Shown piece after piece: positions 1-12,239 of a DNA stretch of 64,000 nucleotides (its first letter is position 1; every line of letters begins with the position of its first letter). The DNA is from Octopus sinensis (taxonomy: Eukaryota): NCBI RefSeq assembly GCF_006345805.1, contig NC_043005.1, forward strand, positions 17,050,001 to 17,114,000, read 5' to 3'. The position numbers and the translations under genes are program-made. The notes beneath the pieces are model-generated. The model was not told the origin of the DNA. It did not search any database and saw only the letters and a list, made by a program, of their open reading frames with translations.

Positions 1-662
1 AAGGAGGTCTATATAACATCTTTGGTTTGTAAAAATGTATACGGTAACGTCCTTTATTATTGTATATATAACATAATGCAAATGTGTAGCTTTTGTGTGC
101 ATTTTGTTTGCAGAAAATAAAGAAATAACAGTAATGACATTTAATAAATGTTGCTTACTGCAATTTATGGATGATTCTTTTATGACTTTATTGCTTTCAG
201 GCTTAGCTTAAGGTATTTTCGCGCCCGACATCACAAAATGTGTCTGAATAAACATTGCCAGACAGCAAATAGAGACACGGACATTGCTTAGAAAATAATT
301 TTCATTTTTAACCTCGTATATAGTACACACTAGTGATTTTGACCTTTAAATTTTAGGGAAAAAATGCAGATTATATTCGAGGATTTACGGTATGTCATAA
401 AAAATTATTATCATTGAGAAATGTGAGATAAATTGTTTTTAGCAGAGGACCTCAAATTAGATAAAGCTATAAATAATAAGATTTAAACATTAGGATTTAA
501 AAACCTTTGGATGGAAAAAATTCAAAAGCTGCTTGAAAATGTGGATTCAAGTTCCATGGGTAATTTTGAGTTCTTCCATCCAAACAGTATTTACACACTA
601 TCATTTATAGCTTTGCTTTCTTTGAGTTCCACCTTTTAAAATTATTCATTTATATATCCTTG

Positions 663-1092
663 GGATTTTTTTGGTTTGAACGGCAGTTTTTAACATAATT
701 TCTAGGTAACTAAAAATTTTAAACTTTGTATACTGGTAGAATGTGTTTATAAAACATCTTTTTCTCTTGGCTTTATTGAGAAAATTCTATAGTTTGTAAG
801 ATATTTGTTGTCTTTTTTCTTCAATTTCTGCAATTTCAACCAATCAATTACGTCTATTGAGGTAAAATCATTCTGTGCCGTATGAATATGTCCCTCGTTT
901 AAGAAAATGATTGGGTTTATTTACATTTGTGAAGAAAAAAAAATACCCTTCCTCCACCCCTAACCCTAACCCTAACTAACCCTAACTCTAAAACAGATTG
1001 AAATGCAATAGATCGATACTAGGGTCATAATTATGGGTGACAATTTCATATGACACCGCTAGAAAAAACTACTGTTCAAACCGAAAAGATCC
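663..1092. mobile_element. MITE with GGAT(C/T)...GATCC TIRs, 8-bp TSD and internal (CCCTAA)n; Merlin-like
   Basis: TIR ggatttttttggtttgaacggcagtttt / aaaaactactgttcaaaccgaaaagatcc; flanks tatccttg/catccttg; truncated inverted copy at ~30751-30946. Confidence 0.75.
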
Positions 1093-1814
1093 CATCCTTG
1101 TTACAAATTCAGAATATTTTTACATTGGTTTTTGAGAACAAATTATTGTTAATGGCAGGCAACTATGTACAAGATGTTTGGGCTCAATTTGATGATTTAT
1201 TACATCGCCTTTATCTTGAGAACAACTATTAAGCAGTATTGGGAAACGGTCAATGGCATTGGAGAGCATGAAGATTAAAGTTGCAGTTGAGAAAAAGTTA
1301 GCTGGGAAGTAGCTTGCTTACCAACCACATGGTTCAGGGTTCAGTCCTACTGCGTGGCACCCTGGGCAAATATCTTCTACTGTAGCCTCAGGCCGACCAA
1401 AGCCTTGTGAGTGGATTTGGTAGATGGAAACTGAAAGAAGCCCGTCGTATATATGTATATATATATATATATGTATTTGTGTGAATATGTTTGAGTGTCT
1501 GTGTTTGTCCTCCCAACCCCAACATTTCTTGACAACCGATGCTGGTGTGTTTACGTCCCTGTAACTTAGCTGTTCGGCAAAAGAGACCGATAGAATAAGT
1601 ACTAGGCTTACAAAGAATAAGTCCTGGGGTCGATTTTTCTCGACTAAAGTCGGTGCTCCAGCATGGCCACAGTCAAATAACCGAAACAAGTAAAAGAGTG
1701 ATGCAAAGAGCTGGAAGCCATCTGAATATTAGAAAAGAGTTGCCTGTATGATGATTTGTGTCAGATGTCTAAAGGCCAACACTATGACTGCTGCTCATTG
1801 TTCTGTAAAGGCTG

Positions 1815-2397
1815 TAAGATGTGACACGGACGTCATGAAAACCAAGCTTCCCCAAAATGTGATGGTGTTTGGGTGCGTCTCCAGTGAGGGTAATGTCATG
1901 CTGCCCCACATCTTTGAACAGGCCTTTTTTTTTAGGATCAATTTTTAGGGTCTTGTCAGGTCAGGTCTGTTGTATGCAGCATCGGATCCTACTACTGGTA
2001 AACTGTAAACCAGTACAACCTGTGTCAGTGGGGTAGAAAGGGCTCCCTTAGCCGTAGTGAAGGCAATCTATCTAGGGAGATAACCTTACAATAAATCACT
2101 CGGTCCGTAGCTTAGAAATACTGGGTTGACGTCCAGCGGGAACAGCTTTGTTTCATGGAGGAGGAAAGATCTTCTTTAGTACTTGGTTGTACAATGCTTT
2201 CCAATGTGTGTAGTAGTGGCGCGCGCACACATTATTAGCCATTTGAAAAGACTATGGTCTTGACCACGGTCGAACAATGATGATGATGATTGGCTCAATT
2301 CAGACAGCTATGTGAAACTGCTAAAAACTGTGGTCAATCTCTGGTTGGAGAGGGTTACCCCCAATTCCCCCAGTTGTAATCCCTTGGATTACTATGC
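1815..2397 (+). pseudogene. Tc1/mariner-superfamily transposase remnant, interrupted by a (GAT)n-tailed retroposon (~1925-2290)
   Basis: TKLPQNVMVFGCVSSEGNVMLPHIFEQ ... LNSDSYVKLLKTVVNLWLERV ... PNSPSCNPLDYY (SPDLNPLDY-like motif). Confidence 0.7.
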
Positions 2398-2575
2398 ATT
2401 AGCCAGCCATTCAAAACTACACAGTCTTTTTTTTTTTTTTTCTTTTACACAACTGATTTTATTTTAAAATTATACCAGTGTTTTTGAACTGTAGACAGAC
2501 TCCCTATCAATTCAGGTTAATTAGATCCCTCTTTGCATCTGTTGGACTAAACCTTATTATGTTAATTTCTTTCAG

Positions 2576-2645
2576 GGATAGAATGTTTTATATAGCCGAG
2601 TCAAAAGACATTGAACTGGATGATTTGAAACTTATTCTGTTTGGG
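2576..2645 (+). CDS. EF-hand/HEEL gene, internal exon
   Basis: tttctttcag|G GAT AGA...TTT GGG|gtaagt; [23 protein letters not shown]. Confidence 0.8.
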
Positions 2646-3067
2646 GTAAGTTACACCATGAAGTCTACATTAATTAATTAATGTGTGTGTGTGTGTGTGT
2701 GTGCATGCAAACAAGCAAGGTAATATTTCCCAATAGGTAAAGCTGTTTTTCACATAAAAGGTACAAAATGAACAACACTGCTTGTATGATGGTGATTGTC
2801 ATTTACAAACATCATGTGATGTCAAGGCAAGGATACACAAACACACACACACACTATGTATATATATGTATTCTTCTGTTCTTTTACTTGTTTCAGTCAT
2901 TTGACTGACCATACTGGAGTACCACCTTTTGTCAAACAAATTGACCTTAGGTCTCTTTTACCGAACCGCTAAGTTACATGGTCGTAAACACATCGACATC
3001 GGTTGTCAAGCAATGTTGGGGGGGGGGGGCAAACACAGACACACAAGCATATATATATTTATATATA

Positions 3068-3106
<39 letters not shown>

Positions 3107-3283
3107 TATATGATGGGCTTCTTTCAATTTCCATCTACCAAATCCACTTACAAGGCTTTGGTCATCCCAAGGCTATAGAAGAAGACACCTGCCGAAGGTG
3201 CCATGCAGTGGGACTGAACTCAGGACCATGTGGTTGGTAAGCAAGCTACTTACCACACAGCCACTCCTGCGCCTATCTATCTA

Positions 3284-3327
<44 letters not shown>

Positions 3328-5349
3328 GATGGGCTTCTTTTTAGTTTCTGTCTACCAAATTCTCTCACAATGTTTTGGTTGACCTGAGGTTCATTAAGCC
3401 AGAGTTTAATCCAGATTCCAAGATAGTGACTCAGAGAGTGCAAAATTCTATCCCTTAATAGAATGCCAACCTGTCACAGGTTCAGTCCCCAGCTGCTTCT
3501 GGTTCTCATTGTCAGTTGACTAGATGAGAGCAACAGGTAATGCAGTGCTTTGTTCAGAAAAAAAAAAAAAACTGCAGACAGACCAGCCAGCCTAAAAAAT
3601 CTGACCCATGAACTTACAATCAGGAGTCCAACACCCTAACCACTGAGCCATGTACTTTTACTCACATATACACATATATATTTATGTCATGTTTACTGGC
3701 AGCACTTTGTGTGAGAGAAGACCCATTCTCCTGTCTCAGCATGGCAGAACAATTCTTAAAATTGTTATGTATATGTATTTTTGTATATATGCAAGCACAT
3801 TGCTCTGTGGTTAGAGTAATGGGCTCTCAATCATGAGGTAGTGAGTTTAATTCCTGGACTGAGCTGCGTGTTGTGTTCTTGAGCAAGACACTTTATTTTC
3901 ACGTTGCTCCATGTCACTCAGCTGTAGAAATAGGTTGTGACGTCACTGGTGCCAAACCGTAATGGCATTTGCCTTTCTGTAGGATAACATCTGTGGCATG
4001 GAGAGGGGAGGCTGGTATGCATGGGTGGTTGCTGGTCTTCCATAAACAACCTCACATGGACTTGTGCCTTGGAGGGGAACTTTCTGGGAGCAATCCCATG
4101 GTCATTCATGACCGAAGAGGATCTTTATATATATGCAGGCTTGTATTACTAGGTATACATGTGTGTGTGTATATGTGGATACATTCAGGCATGCGTATGT
4201 ACCTACCTACTATCAAAACTACATCATTGGCCACTTGATAGCCTCTTACACCCCTTTATCATTCACCCTTCTATTTCTCATTCTTTACATCACATCCCTA
4301 TCACTCATTTGCCTGTTAACCATATCCTTGTCACTCATAAGTCTTTTACCCATTCCTTTATCGTTTTTGCTCCCTGCATCCTCATCCTTATTGCTCAATC
4401 ACTCCCTTCCTCTTCTCAGTGCTTACCATACTATGTTACCAGTGTGGCTAAAGATAGAAGTGGACCTCTTTTCTGCTCATCATATACTGCACTCTTTCAT
4501 CCATGTCTTCTATTTGCCTGTCTTCTACTTGCCACACAATCTTTCACCCATGTCTATTGCTTATCTCTCAATCACTCTCCCCTCATCTCAATTCTATGCT
4601 TCACTGAGGACAGCAGTGGATCTCTTCTGAATGCCAGACATTACACTTCCGGTGTAACTAAAGAAGCCACTGGATCTATTCTGACTCTGTCCCAAACACT
4701 TTATGCCTGCCACTAATACAGACCCCATCTACTTTCCATTCTCTTGCCAGCATTCTCAACACCCAACATCCATCTCATAACCTATGTAAAGGTGGTCCCA
4801 TGGGATCCCTTGTGCTCAGTTCACTTCTCATTCACCTCCCTCCCCTGTACTCCCTGTTGTCACCCCATGTCACTCTGATTGCTAGCATACCCTTGCTCCT
4901 TCTTGCCAATACTATCTAGGCCTCTGTCTTAGCTCTATCTCCTGGGTCACATAGATTTCTGTGACCCCCTGCCGTATTGGTCATATTGTGTTACTTTGAA
5001 TATTTGTATATTTGTGCCCATCTCAGAGTACAGAATACTCCTGTTGCTCCACCCCTTATCACATATCCCTCTCATTGCTGTCATCTGTGCCTCCATCATT
5101 CATGATTCTTACCCTCTAAAGTGGCCAGTGAGTTTGCAAAAACGTAAGATAATGAGATCCTTTTAGTCATGTCAAGGACATGGATACTTCTCTAGCGGTA
5201 GTAACCTAAGCCTGAGGAGTTAGATTCACTGATGAGCTTACAAAACTTTAAGTTCATGGAGCTGAATCAAACTGTTATTAAATACTAATATATGTACTTT
5301 ACTGAATGTGTAGAGTGCCTTTTCTTTCGTTTGTCCACTCATATATATA

Positions 5350-5388
<39 letters not shown>

Positions 5389-5403
5389 TGTGGTGTGTGT
5401 GTG

Positions 5404-5459
<56 letters not shown>

Positions 5460-8400
5460 TGTGTGTGTGTGTGTATGTATATATATATATATATATGTTT
5501 GACCCTTCTGTCCGGCATTAGTCGCCATGATAGATCGTTAGCCACTACACACATTTTTTTTCTCTCCCTGTTTTTTCTGTGTCCCTTTCTGTAGAAGAGT
5601 GTAGGCTCAAAACGTAAAAGACTTTTTCTATTCCTGAGCATTATACTAATACATCTGTTTGTTTTGTACACCACCTGTCTTCGTCTTTTGTTTTTTTCAT
5701 AAACTCTCCCTCATGATAGATCGTTAGCTCCTACATGTTTCTCTCCTTGTTTTTTTTCTGTGTATCTTTTTGTCGAAGAGCGTAGGCTCGAAATGTAAAA
5801 GACTTGTTCTATTTCTATTCCTGAGTGCCATACTAATACATTTGTTTGTTTGTACTCCACCTGTCTTCATCTTTTGTTTATTTTCGTAAACCTTCCCTTT
5901 ATATATATATATATATATATTTACATACACACATATATACAGACGTATCTGTTTCTCCAGAATCAGACCTCATAGTTATTTGTAGTCACATAACTACAAA
6001 TGACGTTTGGCAAAAGTACTCATCGCTTTGTGATGGCCATGGAAGGATGGAATGATGATGATGATGTGTACAGTGATGGATTCGAGGGTTTCATTTAATT
6101 ATGACTTGATTTCTTAATTTCACTGGAGTATAAATATCTATGAAGGTGATATTAAAAAAATATAATAATTAATTCAGTTTAATTAAAAACATGGGTAAGC
6201 AATGCATTGTAAGCCAAACTATAATTTACAAAATATTTATCTGCGTGCAAGGTATGCATGGCCCCCTCCAATCCCTTTTTTTTTCATTAATTATGTTTTC
6301 CCTGTTGGTTCACTGCATTTACAGTGACAAAAGTAACAAGGGATTGTCTATATGCTATGGGTGGAACAAATACCACCCAGAGTGTTTTTATTCAAATGCA
6401 TGTTTTTCAGTTTCATCCTCCATGTTTACATGTTTTGTTGATGTACTTCGTCAAAAAATAAACATGCTCACAGATACACAATTAACAAGCAGCAATCCTT
6501 CTTAATGTTCCAGGAGAAATTCGGTGAAGAGCTGGAGCAGATGAACGCCGGTTATGGATATGTAGCCCAAGTAAAGAAGGTAAGACGTTTATCTTCAGAT
6601 GCCACAGACATGCATCAGTATTGTCATCCTCCTCCCTCCCTCCTCCTCCTCCTCCTCCTCCTCCTCATCATCATCATCATCATTTTTTTCATCATCATTA
6701 TTTTCATCATCATCATTTTCGTCGTCATCATCATCATCATCATCATTTTTTCATCATCATTATTTTCATCATCATCATTTTCGTCGTCATCATCATCATC
6801 ATCATCATTTTTTCATCATCATTATTTTCATCATCATTTTCATCATCATCATCATCATCATTTTCATCATTTTCATCATCATCATCATTTTCCTCATTGT
6901 CATCATCAGCATCATCATCATTTTCATCATCATCATCATCATTTTCATCATTGTCATCATCAGCATCATTTTCATTGTCGTCATCAATAATAATAGTAAT
7001 GATTGCTTAAAACTTTGGTGCAAGGCCAGCAGTTTCAAAGGAAGGGCCAAGTTGATTACATCAACCCCCAATTGCTACTTATTTCATTGATCTCAACAGA
7101 TGAATGGCAAAGTCAACCTTGGCAGCTTTTGAACTCAAAGCACAAAGACAGAAGAAAGGCCTCTAAGCATTTCTTTCAGCACAGTAAATATTCTGCCACT
7201 TAAAGAAAAATAATAAGTATACTCTTTTACTCTTTTATTTGTTTAGTCATTTGACTGCGGCCATGCTGGAGCACCGCCTTTAGTTGAGCAAATTGACCCT
7301 AGGAGTCCAATGCTCTAACCACTGAACCATGTGCCTTTTGTTACCAACAACGGTAACAACCCACTGAACTTTGCCTAGTTGGTTCTAATTCTAGCAACTA
7401 TGCTTTCAGGCTGCACCAGGCCAGATCTGACTGGCCTGGTGCAGCCTTCGAGCTTGCCAGACCCCAGTTGAACCGTCCAACCCATGCTAGCATGGAAAGC
7501 GGACGTTAAACGATGATGATGATGATGATGATGCTTTCAGAGCATCCTCCACCACTGCTACCCCTTGGGCATTGCAAGAAATCTATTTCCTGTATGTTCT
7601 TTGTGTTTATTGTTTCTGCACATCTGCCACACACAAAGACTACTTTTTCTATTAGCCTTGCTCTGATTCCACTTATGTGTCCATAGCTTGTACTGAGTAC
7701 ACAGTATGGAATATCTACCTACTCCTTTTCTATATATTTAGCAGGGTCATTTTCCAGAAGGGATTAGTAATTTTTCTGCTTTCCTACTTGCTAGTACTTT
7801 TGTTGTTTCTATGTTATTTGATATTAAATGACATTTGACTTTAAATGATCATGATGATGATCATCATTATCGTTTAACGTCCATTTTCCATGCTGGCATG
7901 GGTTGGACGGTTCGATTGGGGTCTGGGAAGTCAGGAGGCTGTACCATGCCCCAATCTGATCTGGCAGTGTTTCTACGGCTGGATGCTCTTCCTAATGCCA
8001 ATCACTCCAAGAGTGTAGTGGGCGCTTTTTACATGCCACCGTGGCAGGGGCTAGAGGAACTGGGATCGACCATGATCGGATGGTGCTTTTTACGTGCCAC
8101 TGGCACAGAAGCCAGTCAAAGTGGCACTGGCATCAGCCACATTCGGATGGTGCTTTTTACATGCTACCGGCATGGGGCTCACAACTACAGTTTCCATTTG
8201 ATTTGATTTTAATATTGCTGTTGATGTTGATTTACTTGACTCCTGGCATAAAATGATTTTTGACATGAAATGATATTTTGACATTAAATGTTTGTTGACA
8301 ATAAAATGTATTTGACAAATGATATTTGACATGAAATGTCATTTGATGTTAAATAACATTTGACATTAAATTCTATTGGCTTTAAAAGATATTGGCATAA

Positions 8401-11400
8401 AATGATTTTTGACATGAAATGATATTTCGGCATTAAATGTAATTGACAAATGATATTTGACATGAAACGGTATTTGACATTGAATGTCATTTGATGTTAA
8501 ATGGTATTTGACAATAGATAATATTCAAAATTAAAACATCATTTTATGATAGAAAAGGAAAACCCTTCCACTGACATCTACAATGAGTCTTGTCTCAAAT
8601 TGCTGCTTAATTTCAATAACATTGAAATCACAGAAGTTTAGTCATAAAAGTAATATAACGAAGTTGAGAGCAATATTACAATGTTGTTAAGTCTATTTTT
8701 TTCTGTCTTTTCTTGTGCCAGTTATTTCAAAAATTTGATTTGGATGGAGATTTGAAGATCACTGAAGAAGAACTGAATTCTCTACCGGATGTGGTATGTG
8801 TCTTTTAACTACATATGTTTCAGTTTATATTTAGAGTAGGCACTTGTATACCGAGGGAGTTTCTGAATTTGCTTCCAAATGCAGGAGTTGATGTCTCATC
8901 AGGCAAGAAAGCAACTCTGTAAGGTGTTGCTTTCTTAAGGTGACAAGCTGGCAGAAACAGCATGCCAGGCGAAATGCTTAGCGGTATTTCGTCTGCTGCT
9001 ATGTTCTGAGTTCAAATTCCGCTGAGGTCGACTTTGCCTTTCATCCTTTCGGAGTCGATAAATAAAGTACCAGTTACGCACTGGAGTCGATATAATCAAG
9101 TTAATCCATTTGTCTGTCCTTGTTTGTCCCCTTTGTGTGTAGCCCCTTGGGGGCAGTAAAGAGATAAGAAAGCAACTCTAGATGTTTCAGCTCCTTTCAC
9201 TGTTACACCAAAGCTGCCTGGTGCCACCCACTGATGTTGGTGATAAGACTCCTACACAATAGCCTGAGCTTTGTTGAGTCAGAAGTTGGGATTCTGGGCC
9301 TGATGTTTCAATCATCCTCAATGCTTGTTCTTGCTGCATCACTCATCCCTCTCTTCAACAGGGTGAAATGGAATGCTTTCTAGTGGCTTTTAACAATTTT
9401 CTGGCAACATCTTTTCCTCCCCTTTGCAGATTGTCCAAGATTCCTGAGCATTGAATGAACCATCATCATCATCATCATCCTCGTTTAATGCCCGTTTTCC
9501 ATGCTAGCAAGGGTTGGACGGTTCAACCAGGAGGCTGCACCAGGCTTCAGTCTGATCTGGCAGTGTTTCTACAGCTGGATGCCTTTCCTAACGCCAACCA
9601 CTCCATGAGTGTAGTGGGTGCTTTTTATGTGCCACCGGCATGGAAGCCAGTTAAGGCGGCACTGGCATTGGCCACATTTGGATGGTGCTTTTTATGTGCC
9701 ACTGGCACAGGTATCACAATTACAATTTCCATTTGATTTTTATTTTGATGTTGATGTACTTGACTCAATAGGTCTCCCCAAGCACAACAGGTTGCCCTAC
9801 GAACCTTGGTTCCAACAAATTCTTTAACACCCAGCTCTGTATTTTACTAACCCTTTTTGTATTTCTTTCACAAACTAAGTTATTTATCAGTGTTTTACTA
9901 CCACCATTTCCTACTTCCAACATGTCCAAGTCCGAAATAGTTAGTCATCACTATTTCTGTTGTAGTCTTTATTTTGTAGGAAGCTTAAATCATTCTTTTC
10001 AATGATTTAATAATCAGTATGAAACCATGTTATTATTTTGTGTCTCAAGAAGTGGTTTACCTAAGGCGGCGAGCTAGCAGAAACGTTAGCATGCTGGGCG
10101 AAATGCTTAATGGTGTTTCGTCTGCCACTACGTTCTGAGTTCAAATTCCACCGAGGTCGACTTTGCCTTTCATCCTTTCGAGGTTGATTAAATAAGTACC
10201 AGTTACGCACTGGGGGCGATATAATCAACTTAATCCATTTGTCTGTCCTTGTTTGTCCCCTCTGTGTGTAGCCCCTTGTGGGCAGTAAAGAAATAAGAAG
10301 TGGTTTACCTTGTTATATGGATATTATTCATAGAAAAAATACAAATACATTCACACACACAATATATGGATGTACATAGCAACATGTATATAGGTCGTAG
10401 AAGTACACATATAAGTACATACTAGCACACAGATAGCTACATACTAAAGTAGCTTACACAGCTATTTAGTAATACATGTAGAGCATTCTAAAGTTTCTAC
10501 CAAGCGTAAATAGTAAGTATTGATGACTGTAGTAGATATATTGGTAGCTAGAATAGACATACTGGTGGTTATAAATAAAAGTTAGTTATTCTTCACTGTA
10601 GTGGGGCTGTTAACTTTGGTGTCATTGGTGCGTTAACTATGTTGCGTTAACTGTTGTGTGACTGTGTTAACTAATAGCGTTGGTATGTTAACTGTAGTGT
10701 GATTGGTTTGTTAACTGTTGTGTTAACTATGGTATGATTGGTTTCTGAACTGTGGTATGACTAAAAAAAAAATAAATGCACCCTTTTAAAGCCTAGCCAG
10801 GCTCATGGGCCCAGTTTTCCGGTTTCTATGGCGTATGTGTTCCCCAGCTGGATGGGATACCAGTCCATCACAGCATTACTCATTTTTGCCAGCTGCGTGG
10901 ACTGGAGCAACGTGAAATGAAGTGTTTTGCTCAAGAATACAACGCGTTGCCTGGTCCAGGAATCGAAACCACAATCTTACGATCATGATGCTGACACCCT
11001 AACCACTAAGCCACGCGCCTCCACGTGGTATGACTAGTGTGTTAAATGTGATGAAATTGGTTTGTTAACTGGTATGAATGAGGCACTGTCTTCTGTGTTA
11101 TTGGCGTGTTAACCTTTGTGTATCTTAACTGCTGTGTGATTGATCTGTTAATTAATATATTTTCTGATGAGACTGCTCAGCTCTCTGTCAACGATGCCCA
11201 GAGTAACTCCCAGGCCATCATGGCTTGTACCCACAACAAACTCTCTGTAGAAATCTGATGCTATTTTCCTGCTGACAGCATTGTCTAACTGGTGGTGTGC
11301 TGTGAGAGCCAGGCAGTTCTTGTATGATTAGCACATTAACTGCTGTGTTATAAGTTTGTCAACTAGTGTGTTATACCATACTAACATGTGTATAATTAAC

Positions 11401-12239
11401 TGATGTGTAAACTCTTGGATTTGGTTGGTGGTAATTATAAATTGTTCTTCTAATTGTTGGTTAATGTGTTGACTTGGTGTTGTGCGATTATTAATGCAGT
11501 TCTATATTTAAGAGATGAGGAATTATGTACATTATTTACATTTGATGGATATTTGTCCTACGCCATACGTCCACTGGCATATGGCGTAGTGGTTAAGAGC
11601 GCGGGCTACTAACCTCAACATTCCGAGTTTGATTCCAAGCAGTGACCTGAATAATAATAGTAATAATAATAATAATTATAATAATAATAATCATCATCAT
11701 CATCATCATTATCATTTAGCGTCTGCTTTCCATGCTAGCATGGGTTGGACGGTTCAACTGGGGTCTGTGAAGCCAGAAGGCTGCATCAGGCCCAGTCTGA
11801 TCTGGCAGTGTTTCTACAGCTGGATGCCCTTCTTAAATAATAATAATAATAATGACATCGAAAAATACCTTAGGAATGAGAACCCAGGTTTGAAATTTCC
11901 CCAAGACACCTGATGAAGGCTGGAGGGTATATCAGCTGAAACGTTATTAACAACAAACAAGATGAGGACAAATATCCATCAAATGTAAATAATGTAAATA
12001 ATGTTCTTCTAATTGTTAGCTAATGTGTTGATTTGTTGGTGTTGTGTGATTATTAATGATTTAATTGGAAGATATCGACTAATGTGTCTGTTGATTCTCC
12101 TTCTCCTTGCTTTCTGACTTTCTATATTTCCTCTCTTTTATTTCAGACATGGGAAGAGTGTATGGATCTTGTCATTGACCTCGGCCATCTCTTAGAGGCT
12201 ATCAAAAAAGCATCAAAAACGTCACATGAAGAATTATGA
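2576..12239 (+). CDS. 3' part (4 exons) of a gene for an EF-hand protein ending in HEEL, probably ER-lumenal; 5' exons not identified
   Basis: Exons 2576-2645, 6514-6579, 8722-8793 and 12147-12239 have AG acceptors and GT donors and join in frame: [101 protein letters not shown]-hand loop [12 protein letters not shown]; KDEL-like terminus. Confidence 0.85.
5526..5899 (+). repeat. Tandem dimer of ~190-bp Penelope-LTR-like monomer (single copies ~38622-38816 and ~40777-40952, - strand)
   Basis: catgatagatcgttagc...aagag.gtaggctc.aaa.gtaaaagac...taatacat.tgtttg repeated twice, flanked by (TA)n. Confidence 0.75.
6514..6579 (+). CDS. EF-hand/HEEL gene, internal exon
   Basis: ttccag|GAG...AAG|gtaaga; 66 nt, phase 0/0. 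Confidence 0.82.
6623..6985. repeat. Compound (CCT)n/(CAT)n/TTT microsatellite in intron
   Basis: Direct inspection; gives poly-H/S/I pseudo-ORFs. Confidence 0.9.
8244..8515. repeat. Degenerate tandem duplication (~150-bp unit built of atttgacat-like subunits)
   Basis: tggcataaaatgatttttgacatgaaatgatattt at ~8244 and ~8393. Confidence 0.7.
8722..8793 (+). CDS. EF-hand/HEEL gene, EF-hand exon
   Basis: ttttcttgtgccag|TTA...GTG|gtatgt; [24 protein letters not shown]. Confidence 0.88.
10063..10297 (+). mobile_element. SINE family B (also ~8938-9165, 17372-17790, 37685-38262, 52025-52482, 55515-55712, 58049-58466)
   Basis: ggcggcgagct.gcagaaacgttagc...gagttcaaattcc...cctttcatccttt...; TSD AAGAAGTGGTTTACCT. 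Confidence 0.9.
10763..11025 (-). mobile_element. tRNA-derived SINE family D (also ~3793-4130, 43020-43265, 47057-47322)
   Basis: Head gtggaggcgcgtggcttagtggttagg..gtttcgattcc; TSD GTGGTATGACTA here and AGGTATTGACAATA at 47 kb. Confidence 0.85.
11499..12000 (+). mobile_element. tRNA-headed, hammerhead-tailed SINE family F with an inverted copy of its 3' end at the 5' junction
   Basis: A box TGGCGTAGTGG, B-like GAGTTTGATTCC; 11499-11559 is the reverse complement of the tail; a family C fragment is nested at ~11692-11833. Confidence 0.75.
12147..12239 (+). CDS. EF-hand/HEEL gene, terminal coding exon
   Basis: Polypyrimidine tract, tttcag|ACA TGG...CAT GAA GAA TTA TGA; ends HEEL*. Confidence 0.88.
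   Translation, partial: TWEECMDLVIDLGHLLEAIKKASKTSHEEL

Noticed and set aside
958-987. Telomere or chromosome-fusion scar
   Set aside because: Only ~5 units, internal to a TIR/TSD-bounded MITE.
6580-7090. Poly-His/Ser/Ile ORFs
   Set aside because: Intronic trinucleotide repeats after the GT donor at 6580; only 6514-6579 is exon.
8840-8910. Hammerhead-like CTGATGA...GAAAC...GTA on the - strand
   Set aside because: No convincing stem II and stem I is out of register.
11576-11645. tRNA gene
   Set aside because: A/B boxes are present but no complete cloverleaf; it is a SINE head, like the other tRNA-like segments.
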